IMG/VR virus record: IMGVR_UViG_3300022868_000009
Span: 186,001-250,000 of that record
DNA length: 64,000 nt
Reading direction: 5' to 3' (one strand)
The notes below the pieces were generated by a model. That model saw nothing but the letters and a program-made list of their open reading frames with translations, searched no databases and was not told the DNA's origin. Positions within the stretch are counted from its first letter, which is position 1. Each line of letters starts with the position of its first letter. Shown piece by piece: positions 20,275 to 30,072 of the stretch. Both the position numbers and the translations under genes were made by a program.

Positions 20275-21558
20275 ATGGCAAAAAAACAAAATCCAAACAA
20301 TACTAAAAAAATTAGTAAAAAGAAAGTAGAAGATTTAAAGAAAAGATTGGAAAATGAACAAAAACCATTTATACATCAATACCCAATTAAAAATCTAAAT
20401 GAAAAGGAAGAAAATTATTTCAGACAAATGGCATCAAAAGAAGGTGTACTATTTATAATGTCTGAACCTGGTTTAGCTAAATCAGCTATGATGAGGAGTA
20501 TATCAAGTAAACTAAATCTACATTATATTGATCTTAGATTAAGTATGATGGATGAAACAGATGTTGGTCTTTTTCCAGACAAAGACGAAATAGAAGTTGA
20601 AATTAATGGTGTGGTTAGAACAGAAAAATTCCTATCTCACATTATACCAGAATGGGCTTGGTCTGCAAACAATCCACCAAATAATAAAATTGGAACATTA
20701 ATTCACTTTGAAGAATTAAATAGAGCACCATTATCAGTTAGAAATGCATCTTTGCAGATTCTTCTTGAAAGAACCATTGGATTTAGAGGGTTTAAATTCA
20801 ATGAAAATGTATTTATGGTATCAAGTGGTAATTTAGGTGATGAAGATGGTACAGATGTTGAAGAATTTGATGCTGCTCTTTATGGTAGATTAATTGTTCA
20901 AAGACATACATTAAGTTTACCAGATTGGAGAAAATATTATGGTGACGAACATGTACATTCAGCAATTGTAAGTTTTTTAAATGCCAATCCAGAATATTTC
21001 TATGTAAAAAGAAGTGAAAAAGATGAAAATGAAAAAGTATACGCATCACCAAGAAGTTGGACATTCTTAAGTAAAATGATTGATGCTAACTATGGTAAAG
21101 AAGCATCACCACAACTATTCTTAGATTTTGTGGCTAGAGTCGGCCATGGTTATGTAGGCGCAGCTTGCCAACCATTTTTAAGATATTGTAGAGATATTGA
21201 TAAAATTACTATTCAAGATATTTTAGATAAATATAGTCAATATCAAGATGAAGGAAAGGTATTTATTAGAGATAAGAGATCTGAATTACTTCAAAAGTTA
21301 AGAAAAGTTAAAGTTGCAAAACTTAAACCAATTCAAATTGAAAATGCTAAATTATTTTTATTAGATATTAGAGCCGATGAAGTTGCAGCATTTATTATAG
21401 ATATGTTAGATAATGACCTTATATATCATAAAGACCCAACATTAGATGATCAAGATATTCTAGATTTTTTAAGAGACCCAAGATTTGAAAAATTTAATGA
21501 TTTAATATACGAAAATGTAGATGATGATGATGAATTTTTGAATATAAACAAAGATTAA
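20275..21558 (+). CDS. MoxR-like AAA+ ATPase (partner of VWA/peptidase)
   Basis: Walker A variant SEPGLAKS, Walker B FEELNRA, sensor SSGN, SPRSW. Confidence 0.85.
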   Translation: MAKKQNPNNTKKISKKKVEDLKKRLENEQKPFIHQYPIKNLNEKEENYFRQMASKEGVLFIMSEPGLAKSAMMRSISSKLNLHYIDLRLSMMDETDVGLFPDKDEIEVEINGVVRTEKFLSHIIPEWAWSANNPPNNKIGTLIHFEELNRAPLSVRNASLQILLERTIGFRGFKFNENVFMVSSGNLGDEDGTDVEEFDAALYGRLIVQRHTLSLPDWRKYYGDEHVHSAIVSFLNANPEYFYVKRSEKDENEKVYASPRSWTFLSKMIDANYGKEASPQLFLDFVARVGHGYVGAACQPFLRYCRDIDKITIQDILDKYSQYQDEGKVFIRDKRSELLQKLRKVKVAKLKPIQIENAKLFLLDIRADEVAAFIIDMLDNDLIYHKDPTLDDQDILDFLRDPRFEKFNDLIYENVDDDDEFLNINKD

Positions 21559-21572
21559 CTTTTACATTTTTT

Positions 21573-21608
21573 AAAAAAATCCCAAAAACACTTTTTTGGG
21601 ATTTTTTT
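21573..21608 (+). terminator. Intrinsic terminator
   Basis: AAAATCCCAAAAA...TTTTTGGGATTTT. Confidence 0.75.
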
Positions 21609-21681
21609 TATAAATTTTTAAACATTTTTTATAATTGAGACAATATGAAAGTGATATATAATAAAAAATAAATGAAATGAA

Positions 21682-22149
21682 ATGAAAAACAAAGATCTTA
21701 TTACATTAAACACAGCATTACAAGAAGTTTCAAACATAAAAGGTAAAGATTTTGCTTATGCTGTTTTTAAAAATAAAAATTTAATTGAAAAAGAATTAGA
21801 AATTTTTAATAAATTACAAAGAGAACCTCACCCAGAATTTCGAAATTATGAACAAGAAAGAAATATATTGTGTATTACACATTCAGTAAAAGATGAAAAT
21901 GGAAATCCCAATATCAAAGATAATAAATATGAAATAGATGCTGTTCAACAAGTTGATTTTCAAAATGAATTTGAAGACCTAAAAGAAGAATATAAAGAAG
22001 TTATAGAAGATATGCAACAAGCAGAAAAAGATTATAATGATTTTCTTGAAAAAGATTCTTTGATAGTTTTAATTAAAGTTAAATTTAATGATTTACCAGA
22101 AGAAGTTGATGCTGTTTTTTTAGAGAGAATTAAATATATGATTGACTAA
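21682..22149 (+). CDS. Hypothetical protein
   Basis: ORF with TATATA upstream and terminator at 22168-22197. Confidence 0.65.
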   Translation: MKNKDLITLNTALQEVSNIKGKDFAYAVFKNKNLIEKELEIFNKLQREPHPEFRNYEQERNILCITHSVKDENGNPNIKDNKYEIDAVQQVDFQNEFEDLKEEYKEVIEDMQQAEKDYNDFLEKDSLIVLIKVKFNDLPEEVDAVFLERIKYMID

Positions 22150-22252
22150 ATTAATCGATAATTAAATAAAATCCTGCTTTTTTGGTGGGATTTTTTTTAT
22201 TCTTGAATCTTTTCCTTATATTTAAGTATTAATAATTGAAAAATCAAAAACT

Positions 22253-23089
22253 ATGAAACTAAAATCCTTTATGCCAACAATTTGTCCGGAATGCGAAAGT
22301 AAACTCGTTATTGAAGAAGGTAAAAAAGAGGATGTAATTAGACTTATGTGCAAAAATCCTAAATGTAAAGGAACTGCTATTAAGAAATTACAAAAAGGTA
22401 TCAAAGCTTTAGAAATAAGAAATTTAGGACCCTCCACAATAAAAAAACTTTATTTATCAGGGATTGAAAATAGTTTTGATTTATTTAATCCAGAAATATT
22501 TAACGAAGAAAATCTTTGTAATGGATACTTTAAAGAAGGAAGAGCATTAGAAAAAATAATGGATTCAGTTGATAATGTTGAATCAATTGCAATTGAAAAA
22601 GCCATTCTATCACTTCAAATAATGGTTGAAAAAGAAGAAGGTGAAGGTTTTATATCTATTGGTGAATCTTTATCAGAACAAATTGGTAGAATGATGTCAG
22701 GTGTTGATTTTGATTATGATGGTTTAAGTATTCAAGTAAGAGAAGAAGTACAAAACGAAAAGAGTCCACTTTATCTTAAAATTAAAAGTGCTCTCCAAGA
22801 ATTTGAAAATAATGATATTGAAATAGATAAATTTAAAAAAGTTGAACCATTAGATTTATCAAAACTTAAAAAAGTTAAAAAACAAGTAACACTTATTGGC
22901 GAACCAACAACTATTGATATGACAACAGAAGAATTCTTAAACAAATTAGAATGGGGTGTTGTAGATATTAAAAATAGTGATATGTTAATCGTTGAAAATA
23001 AAAATATAGAAAACGAAATTGTTGAATACGCAAAAGACGAAGGTATTAAGATAATGACATTTAAACAAATTAAATTATTATTTCTATAA
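22253..23089 (+). CDS. NAD-dependent DNA ligase C-terminal-like protein (Zn finger, HhH, BRCT-like), no adenylation domain
   Basis: CPECES...CKNPKC; IRNLGPSTIKKL; C-terminal AKDEGIKIMT. Confidence 0.7.
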   Translation: MKLKSFMPTICPECESKLVIEEGKKEDVIRLMCKNPKCKGTAIKKLQKGIKALEIRNLGPSTIKKLYLSGIENSFDLFNPEIFNEENLCNGYFKEGRALEKIMDSVDNVESIAIEKAILSLQIMVEKEEGEGFISIGESLSEQIGRMMSGVDFDYDGLSIQVREEVQNEKSPLYLKIKSALQEFENNDIEIDKFKKVEPLDLSKLKKVKKQVTLIGEPTTIDMTTEEFLNKLEWGVVDIKNSDMLIVENKNIENEIVEYAKDEGIKIMTFKQIKLLFL

Positions 23090-23376
23090 TATTAAGAAAA
23101 AATTAAAATAGTAAAAGAATTTTTTCCAGAATGGGATGGTGATTATGATAATGATGAATTTGAACCAATAAAATGTGTGACATTACACACCGGTGAAATA
23201 TTATTGGGAACATAATGACTATCAAAGATGTTAAGTGGACACCAAAAATAAATATATTAACAATTAAGTGTGATTGTTCTATAGAGTTTTTATGGCCCAC
23301 AAATGTAAGTTCATGAAGAAGCAAAAACATGGGACGAAAATATAAAAGTCGCAAAACTAAAATTAAATAAATAAAT

Positions 23377-23628
23377 ATGGCAAAAGTAATTGAAATGACA
23401 GGCAGCCCTAAATCAGCGGGTTTTAAAACAAAATCTACTTTTTTAGAAAAATTAGCAGAATTTGGATTTACACAATCTAAAATGAAAAAGAAAGATAACC
23501 CAGTAGATATATTAGTAACAAATGATCCTGGATCTACAACATCTAAAATGACACTTGCCAATGAATTAGGTGTTGAAATTATGACTTATGAAGATCTTAA
23601 AGATTCATTCAATTTAGAGGTAGATTAA
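23377..23628 (+). CDS. Stand-alone BRCT domain protein
   Basis: MTGSP...ILVTND....SKMTLANELGVEIMTY. Confidence 0.75.
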   Translation: MAKVIEMTGSPKSAGFKTKSTFLEKLAEFGFTQSKMKKKDNPVDILVTNDPGSTTSKMTLANELGVEIMTYEDLKDSFNLEVD

Positions 23629-23671
23629 AAACTTTTTAACTGTAAGACACTATAATATAAACCAAAAAATT

Positions 23672-24121
23672 TTAATTGTATTTCGTTCTTCGATTTACTT
23701 TTTGAGTTATTTCAAAAAGTAAATCAAGAATATAATTGTCACATTCTTCATTTTTCGTTTCTTCTATTGGAACTGGATTTTCGAAATTTGGATTTTTTTC
23801 CGCTCTTTTTTGATCATCTCTAAACCATTGATCTTCATTAATATAATATTCAAATCTCAAACCATTATCTAAAATAATAATTATCATATCATTTTTACTT
23901 TCACTAGAATCAGATGAATTACTAAGTCTAACATCTTTAATTTTACCACCAGGTAAAGTTTGTAAAACTTTCCCAATATATTCACTAAAATCTAGATCAG
24001 ATCTATTATTTCTTTGAAATTCTGATTTCCAGTCATCAAATTCATGTCTATCATCTTGATTTAAAGAACCATAAATATCTTTAAGTTTATTAAAATTCTC
24101 GAATTTTTTTAAGTATTTCAT
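23672..24121 (-). CDS. Putative internal virion protein (MKYLKKFENF tag)
   Basis: Tag plus late motif. Confidence 0.65.
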   Translation of the reverse strand: MKYLKKFENFNKLKDIYGSLNQDDRHEFDDWKSEFQRNNRSDLDFSEYIGKVLQTLPGGKIKDVRLSNSSDSSESKNDMIIIILDNGLRFEYYINEDQWFRDDQKRAEKNPNFENPVPIEETKNEECDNYILDLLFEITQKVNRRTKYN

Positions 24122-24468
24122 AATCGTTTTTTTTTTTTGTGGTTATTGATATTATATATATTATTAAGTTGAAATATTTTTAGAGAAATTTTTTACAAAT
24201 GGTATATAAATTTCTCTATAAGGTGACTCATTTTTAATTTGAGGGTGTTTATTAACTAGTTTTTTTAACCTATTTAATTGTTCATCTATATCATCTATTT
24301 TAGTAATATCATCTAACATTTCTTCTAAATCTTTTATTTCTAATTTATAAAGACCAAGTTGATCGCTTACTGATTTCCAATCTTTATCATTATTGAATGT
24401 ATCATTCCATTCGTTGAATTTTCTTAAGTATTTCATAATCTTTTTTTTGGGTTATTGATATTATATAT
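24101..24468 (-). repeat. Duplicated ~55-bp promoter/leader/tag cassette (24101-24159 and 24416-24468)
   Basis: TATATAATATCAATAACC..A-run..GATTATGAAATACTTA(A/G)AAAATTC on minus strand in both copies. Confidence 0.85.
24164..24436 (-). CDS. Putative internal virion protein (MKYLRKFNE tag)
   Basis: Tag plus late motif. Confidence 0.65.
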   Translation of the reverse strand: MKYLRKFNEWNDTFNNDKDWKSVSDQLGLYKLEIKDLEEMLDDITKIDDIDEQLNRLKKLVNKHPQIKNESPYREIYIPFVKNFSKNIST

Positions 24469-24503
24469 CAACAAAAAAAAATGGTTTTTAACAAGATTGA
24501 AGA

Positions 24504-24908
24504 TTAAAATAATTCTTTTTCTAATTCTTTCATACATTGAATAACACCAAATTTGGTACCTTCCAATATAAAATCATATAAAGAAAATATATTATTACTC
24601 TTTGGTGAATCATCAAACCAATTATTATCATTACAAATATCATCAACATCACTTTGATATTTCAAATAAAAATTAAAAATATCTCCATTCTCAACAAAAT
24701 CTTGTAATTTACCTGGTTCTGGGTCATTAATGTAATCTCTGATAAAATTTTGAACATTAACCAATTCAGTTGTATTATCAACTGAATTATCTAATAAATC
24801 TAATACTCCTCTCTTTAAAGAAATATATTGTTCGGTTAGTTTATCTTTAAGAGTATCTTCAAGATTCTCTTTTATCATTTTTGAATATTCTTCTGTAAAT
24901 TTTTTCAT
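24504..24908 (-). CDS. Putative virion protein (MKKFTE tag)
   Basis: TAATATATAG immediately upstream. Confidence 0.6.
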   Translation of the reverse strand: MKKFTEEYSKMIKENLEDTLKDKLTEQYISLKRGVLDLLDNSVDNTTELVNVQNFIRDYINDPEPGKLQDFVENGDIFNFYLKYQSDVDDICNDNNWFDDSPKSNNIFSLYDFILEGTKFGVIQCMKELEKELF

Positions 24909-24931
24909 AAGACTATATATTATTATATTTT

Positions 24932-25876
24932 TTAAAAATCTGATGCATTTAATAATGTGTATTGATAAATACCACCTTCCAATTTAGTTCGATATTTTTC
25001 ACATAAAGACATAAATCTTTGAAAATCAGACCAATAATGTATTACTTGACAACCTGCAGACCATGATTTAACACCACTCCCTGGTGATGATTTTTCGGTA
25101 CCTACCTTAGTAGAATGTATATTAATACCTCCACCTTCACTACTATTAATATTATAATGAAAAGTTCCGTTTTTTGTAGGATCTCTATGAACTGGTAAAT
25201 TATAAGTAGGGTTCAACGCTCTATATCTAGCAGAATTAGTTTGTTTATGATATCCAAGTTTATATGTAAATTGTCCCTCTTTTAAAATTGAACAACCTTT
25301 AGAATTTAATAATTTTTTAAGGTAATAAACTCCAGGTTTTGTAGTACATTCAAATTCTTCAACAATATCATCATATACAACTAGCATAGTATCATTCCAA
25401 TTATTCGGTTTATCAGCGTTTCTAACTCCTATTAATTGAAAAGGTTCAATCCATTTGTATTTTTTTAGTTTAAAAATTCGTTTAAGTTGACTAACCGTAA
25501 TATTTGAAGGTTTTGGTGTTGTGTTTGCTGGATTAGAACTACCATTATTTGAAGTTGATATATTTGTTTGACCACCTTGACCTATTGATGAATCTAATTG
25601 TTTAGTAGGTGTATAAGTTCCCCATTCAGGGTTATTATATATAACATCTGATTCTCCAAAAGTATCTCCATCTACATACGGATCATAACTATCATCATCG
25701 GCATTAATATTACTAGAATATTGATTCATTTCAGAATAAGTAAACTCATTTGCGTCACCATATGAACCAGAATCTTCAAAATCATCAACACCACTATAAG
25801 GATCATATTCTTCTTTTATCACAGTCTCCTGTTTTTGTGTTATTGGCTTTGTTTCATCATATTTAGGTATAGCCAT
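24932..25876 (-). CDS. Baseplate-linked putative peptidoglycan enzyme (YkuD/L,D-transpeptidase-like C-terminal domain)
   Basis: CTTKPG ... GINIH ... WSAGCQVI His/Cys signature; low-complexity N-half; coupled to gp5-like gene. Confidence 0.65.
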   Translation of the reverse strand: MAIPKYDETKPITQKQETVIKEEYDPYSGVDDFEDSGSYGDANEFTYSEMNQYSSNINADDDSYDPYVDGDTFGESDVIYNNPEWGTYTPTKQLDSSIGQGGQTNISTSNNGSSNPANTTPKPSNITVSQLKRIFKLKKYKWIEPFQLIGVRNADKPNNWNDTMLVVYDDIVEEFECTTKPGVYYLKKLLNSKGCSILKEGQFTYKLGYHKQTNSARYRALNPTYNLPVHRDPTKNGTFHYNINSSEGGGINIHSTKVGTEKSSPGSGVKSWSAGCQVIHYWSDFQRFMSLCEKYRTKLEGGIYQYTLLNASDF

Positions 25877-27039
25877 TATTTATATCTTATAAATTTTTTA
25901 GTTTTCTTATCAAAAATTGCAATTTTTCCATCTTCTGTTTCTCTATATATAATATCCTTTTTAGTACCAGAAGTTGGTATCGTTTTTATTATTTTAGGTT
26001 CTAAACCACTTGATTTTTTAACATTTAATTTCTTAAAATCTTTATATTGTGCGTATTCAGATTCATCTGTTTCAATTGTCTCACCATCAACAACTTTAAT
26101 ATATGTTATATATTCAGTTCCGTCTTCGTTTTGACTAACAAAAGGAGCGTCATCTATAATAAATTTTGATGGTTGTGATTCTACTTCTTTATCTACAGCC
26201 TTTTCTCTTTCTTCATTAACTTTTTCTTTAAAATCTTTTGAAACATATTCAGATTTTAAAAGTTTTTTAGGTTTTGGTTCATTAAATTTATCAGTTAAAT
26301 CAATTGTAAGATCATCATCATCTTTAATAACAGACGTTTCAGGTGATCTTTTCAATTTCTTAATTTTATTATCATCATTCAAGAAAACATTATCAGAAAC
26401 AAAAGTTTCTCTGATTACTTTATATTCCATTAACAACATATCTAACTCTGGTCTAATAATAGGGGCCGCTAAATTTCCTGTTAATGTTGTAGGAACCAAT
26501 AATTTATTGATAAATTTATCCATCCACGCAAAAAAATTAGTTCCTAAAACAGCTTCTTGATCTGCAGTTTTATCACCTAAATTTATTTTCTGTGAATTAT
26601 CTTTTAATTCAATATTAATAGAATTATTATCTATTCTAATTTTATTATATTTATGATCTATTATAAATTCATCACCATTTGTATATACCTGAGAAGTTTC
26701 ATCAAATAATAAAGCCACAAAATTCAAATAATCATCTTCACTTAAACTCTTTAATTTTCTTTCAAGATTTATATTGTAATTCTCACTATAAATATAATGA
26801 GGATCATATATATCATCATTTAGAAAAATAACATTCACTATTTTACCAATAGCAGGAACCTCAAAAGATTTTCCAGCTAACCCCCTATATGGGGAAGAAT
26901 ATGGCAAATCTTCCATTGGTATAGTATCAAAAACACCTTGTACCCTAACTTTAAGTCTACCTTTTCTATTAGGATCTTTATTATCTTCTACAATACCTAC
27001 AAATATTTTATCTCTAATATCAACATTAATTTGTTGCAT
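25876..27039 (-). CDS. Baseplate hub/spike protein with gp5 OB-fold
   Basis: GIVEDNKDPNRKGRLKVRV...VPAIGKIVNVIF. Confidence 0.8.
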   Translation of the reverse strand: MQQINVDIRDKIFVGIVEDNKDPNRKGRLKVRVQGVFDTIPMEDLPYSSPYRGLAGKSFEVPAIGKIVNVIFLNDDIYDPHYIYSENYNINLERKLKSLSEDDYLNFVALLFDETSQVYTNGDEFIIDHKYNKIRIDNNSINIELKDNSQKINLGDKTADQEAVLGTNFFAWMDKFINKLLVPTTLTGNLAAPIIRPELDMLLMEYKVIRETFVSDNVFLNDDNKIKKLKRSPETSVIKDDDDLTIDLTDKFNEPKPKKLLKSEYVSKDFKEKVNEEREKAVDKEVESQPSKFIIDDAPFVSQNEDGTEYITYIKVVDGETIETDESEYAQYKDFKKLNVKKSSGLEPKIIKTIPTSGTKKDIIYRETEDGKIAIFDKKTKKFIRYK

Positions 27040-27054
27040 ATAATTCTTTTAATT

Positions 27055-28695
27055 TTATAAAATTCCAGAAAGACCAAGAAGATCGATTGTTTCACCTACA
27101 GTTGGAACAACATCTAAAAATTCATCTTCTATGTCTCCACTTAAATCTCCAATTAAATCTCCAATAACATTTTGTAGTGTTAGATCATAATAATCTTCAG
27201 CATAAACATTATTAGGATAAATTTCTGGAATACCAGTAACATCTCTAACTTGATAGACAACTTCTCTTAATAAATCTCCCCTGAAACCTCTCAATTTATT
27301 CATAACATCACCTTTAAAATCTTGAACATTTTCATTCAATGTATTACTCAATGTTTCTAAAAATGTTGGTTGATTATTAACAACATCTTCCCATTCAGTA
27401 GGTGCAGCATTTATAATCCAAGATTCAGTTCTATCCTTAGTACTAAATGACTTATTAACTTTTCTTTCAACTGCTTCTTTTCTAATTTGTTCAACAGATT
27501 TCTTATATCTACTAAATTCAAAGTCAGTTGAAGCCATAGATGAATCCGTCATATTTCTTATTCTATCACCCGATCGTATACGCTTACTGTAAAGTATATC
27601 CTGTGTAATCATCAATGGATTAAATAATCTTTCAACAGATTTATAATAAATATCAAATTTTAAATTCGCAGATGTAGTATTTAAAGTTGAATCAAACCCA
27701 GCCATTGATAAATCAGAACCATGTATTTGTGATTTCTCAAAATCAAAATTACAATCACGTAATATATAATATTGTGATGAAACTTCTGGATTTATTTCAT
27801 AAGAACCAGTAGAATCATTCCATTTTTTAAAACTTCTAAGATCTGTTATTCTGATTACCATGTCAAATCTTAATAAATTTTCAGGAAACATATACTTTTG
27901 TAATCTATAATCATAATTTAAATTATTATATAATTCAGCTAAATATAAAGCAATCATTGTAACATCTTCATTTAAATCAAATGTTATTTTATCTTCTTTA
28001 TATTTTACAATCTTTGCATTTAACTTATCTAAACCATTAATATTCTTAATATAATAAGGTCTATTTCTATCTCTCTTTTTATTTAAAAATACATCTCCTT
28101 CTAAATTAAATAATTGACCAAGTGTTGCAATAAATTTATTATATAATATTTCTCTAACCTTAACATCTGGTATTTCAGAATATTGTGTAATAAAAGATTT
28201 TAACGATTTAGCATCTAATAAACTTGATTTTTGTGATATAAACAAATCAAAACCTAAAAATGTAGGATCTTCGTACTTTAAAAAATCAAAATTTTTCGAA
28301 AAATCAGATAAACCATATTTAAATGTGTCTTCATCATAATTAAACATAGACTGAGTTCTTCTTGGACCATCATCAGGTATTAAAGGATTATAAACATTAC
28401 CTATATTTATATTACCAGTATTGCTAGTATTTAATGAATCAGAATTAGTAGAATTAGGATTATTACCAGCATCAGTGTTTGAATTTGGGTTTGATGTAGA
28501 ATTTAATTCTTTTTCAGTCCACGCAGCACCCTCATTTTTTCTAACATCAATTTCCTCAGCTAATTTTTTAGCCGCATTAGATGACATATCTTTAGATTCT
28601 TTTAATAATGTAGAATCTTTTAATGATTTAACACTAGCTAAATCTTCTGCTACTTTTGTAGGATCTATTTTTGAAATTTCATCTAAATAACCCAT
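27055..28695 (-). CDS. Putative baseplate/tail structural protein
   Basis: Position in baseplate operon; EDPTFLGF motif. Confidence 0.55.
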   Translation of the reverse strand: MGYLDEISKIDPTKVAEDLASVKSLKDSTLLKESKDMSSNAAKKLAEEIDVRKNEGAAWTEKELNSTSNPNSNTDAGNNPNSTNSDSLNTSNTGNINIGNVYNPLIPDDGPRRTQSMFNYDEDTFKYGLSDFSKNFDFLKYEDPTFLGFDLFISQKSSLLDAKSLKSFITQYSEIPDVKVREILYNKFIATLGQLFNLEGDVFLNKKRDRNRPYYIKNINGLDKLNAKIVKYKEDKITFDLNEDVTMIALYLAELYNNLNYDYRLQKYMFPENLLRFDMVIRITDLRSFKKWNDSTGSYEINPEVSSQYYILRDCNFDFEKSQIHGSDLSMAGFDSTLNTTSANLKFDIYYKSVERLFNPLMITQDILYSKRIRSGDRIRNMTDSSMASTDFEFSRYKKSVEQIRKEAVERKVNKSFSTKDRTESWIINAAPTEWEDVVNNQPTFLETLSNTLNENVQDFKGDVMNKLRGFRGDLLREVVYQVRDVTGIPEIYPNNVYAEDYYDLTLQNVIGDLIGDLSGDIEDEFLDVVPTVGETIDLLGLSGIL

Positions 28696-28703
28696 ATCTT
28701 ATT

Positions 28704-30071
28704 CTATTTTTTTGAAGTGTTTGGAGTATACTCCTCATTTAAACTTCTCTTTGCTAATGTTATTTCTTGAACATTACCATCTTTCTTTGAAAATGTGTAA
28801 CTAATGCCAATTATTATCCATTCCCCTGACAATCTTTTATTAATTTTTGCATCATCAACTTTAGGATTTTTTTCAGTTGTTACAGCATCTTGATTAAAAC
28901 CAACATCATCTAATTGTCCTAATGAATATAACTCAAGTAAAACTTTTTGAAATCTATTTAAACTAAAATTAGGTCTAGTTAATGTTATTAACATATTAGT
29001 TTTTTGTAACATTAACATATTATAACTATTCTGTTGATCTGCAAATAAATAATTTTCATGCATATTATCAATATCCAATTTCCCTAAATATCTACCAGAT
29101 ACAGGTGATAATTGTGAATATTTATCTTTATCATTCTCTTTAATAACTTTTAAATGAAAAAATTTATAACTATTTTTTAATTTATCATACCATCTAATAT
29201 ACCTTGAATAACCCTCTTTTAAATGAAAAGATGTTTTCTCATCTAACAAATTAAATTTATCAATATAAGTATTAGTATCATTATAATCTGGATGATTTGT
29301 TAATTTTAATTTTGTTATATTATCTTCTTCTTTAGTAGATGATGTTGTATAAGCAGACTCATTACCAACATTTTGAACTGTTGATATATCGGCTTTTAAT
29401 TCTATTTCAACATTAACAAAACAAAAATTATAATAAAAATCAATATAACTAGATAAAAAACTCGAATCATTTTTAAAAGATTTAATTGTTATTTCTTTCA
29501 TATAATACATTGTATAATCTGCTGGATTTAACCATGTCATTTCATCTTGAGTACCATCTATATTTGTTGCAAATCCTAATTGTGATTCTTCAGATATTTT
29601 TTTTAATATAGAATAACTAGTACCTTTATCAGATCTAAATTCTGTATTATATAAAGTATCTACATTTAATTCACCTTCTAAATAATATATTAATTTTTGA
29701 TTTTCTTTTCCAACTGGTTTAGTTGGATTAAAAACTGTTATCTTAAAATCCATTCTAACTGGCATAGAAGATTCATTTTGTGCTCTTATAAAAATACTAA
29801 TTAAATCATTATCAAGTGGATAAATATCACCAAATAATTTATTACTTTTATCATTAAACTTCATTTCTAATTTAGGTAAAAAATCGTCATTTGTTAATGT
29901 TAAATATAATATGTCATCCGATTCTATACTTAATCCTTTATAATATACCAATGGATATTTACCAACATTATCACCATAATAATCTTTTTCACTATCCTTT
30001 GCATCAGTTCTATAATCATATTCAATATCAACTAATTGTAATTTACTTCTATTTATAATTTCTAATGACAT
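28704..30071 (-). CDS. Baseplate hub protein (gp27-like)
   Basis: Synteny gp53-gp27-gp5; C-terminal LSGEWIIIGISY...QEITL. Confidence 0.6.
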   Translation of the reverse strand: MSLEIINRSKLQLVDIEYDYRTDAKDSEKDYYGDNVGKYPLVYYKGLSIESDDILYLTLTNDDFLPKLEMKFNDKSNKLFGDIYPLDNDLISIFIRAQNESSMPVRMDFKITVFNPTKPVGKENQKLIYYLEGELNVDTLYNTEFRSDKGTSYSILKKISEESQLGFATNIDGTQDEMTWLNPADYTMYYMKEITIKSFKNDSSFLSSYIDFYYNFCFVNVEIELKADISTVQNVGNESAYTTSSTKEEDNITKLKLTNHPDYNDTNTYIDKFNLLDEKTSFHLKEGYSRYIRWYDKLKNSYKFFHLKVIKENDKDKYSQLSPVSGRYLGKLDIDNMHENYLFADQQNSYNMLMLQKTNMLITLTRPNFSLNRFQKVLLELYSLGQLDDVGFNQDAVTTEKNPKVDDAKINKRLSGEWIIIGISYTFSKKDGNVQEITLAKRSLNEEYTPNTSKK

Positions 30072-30072
30072 A

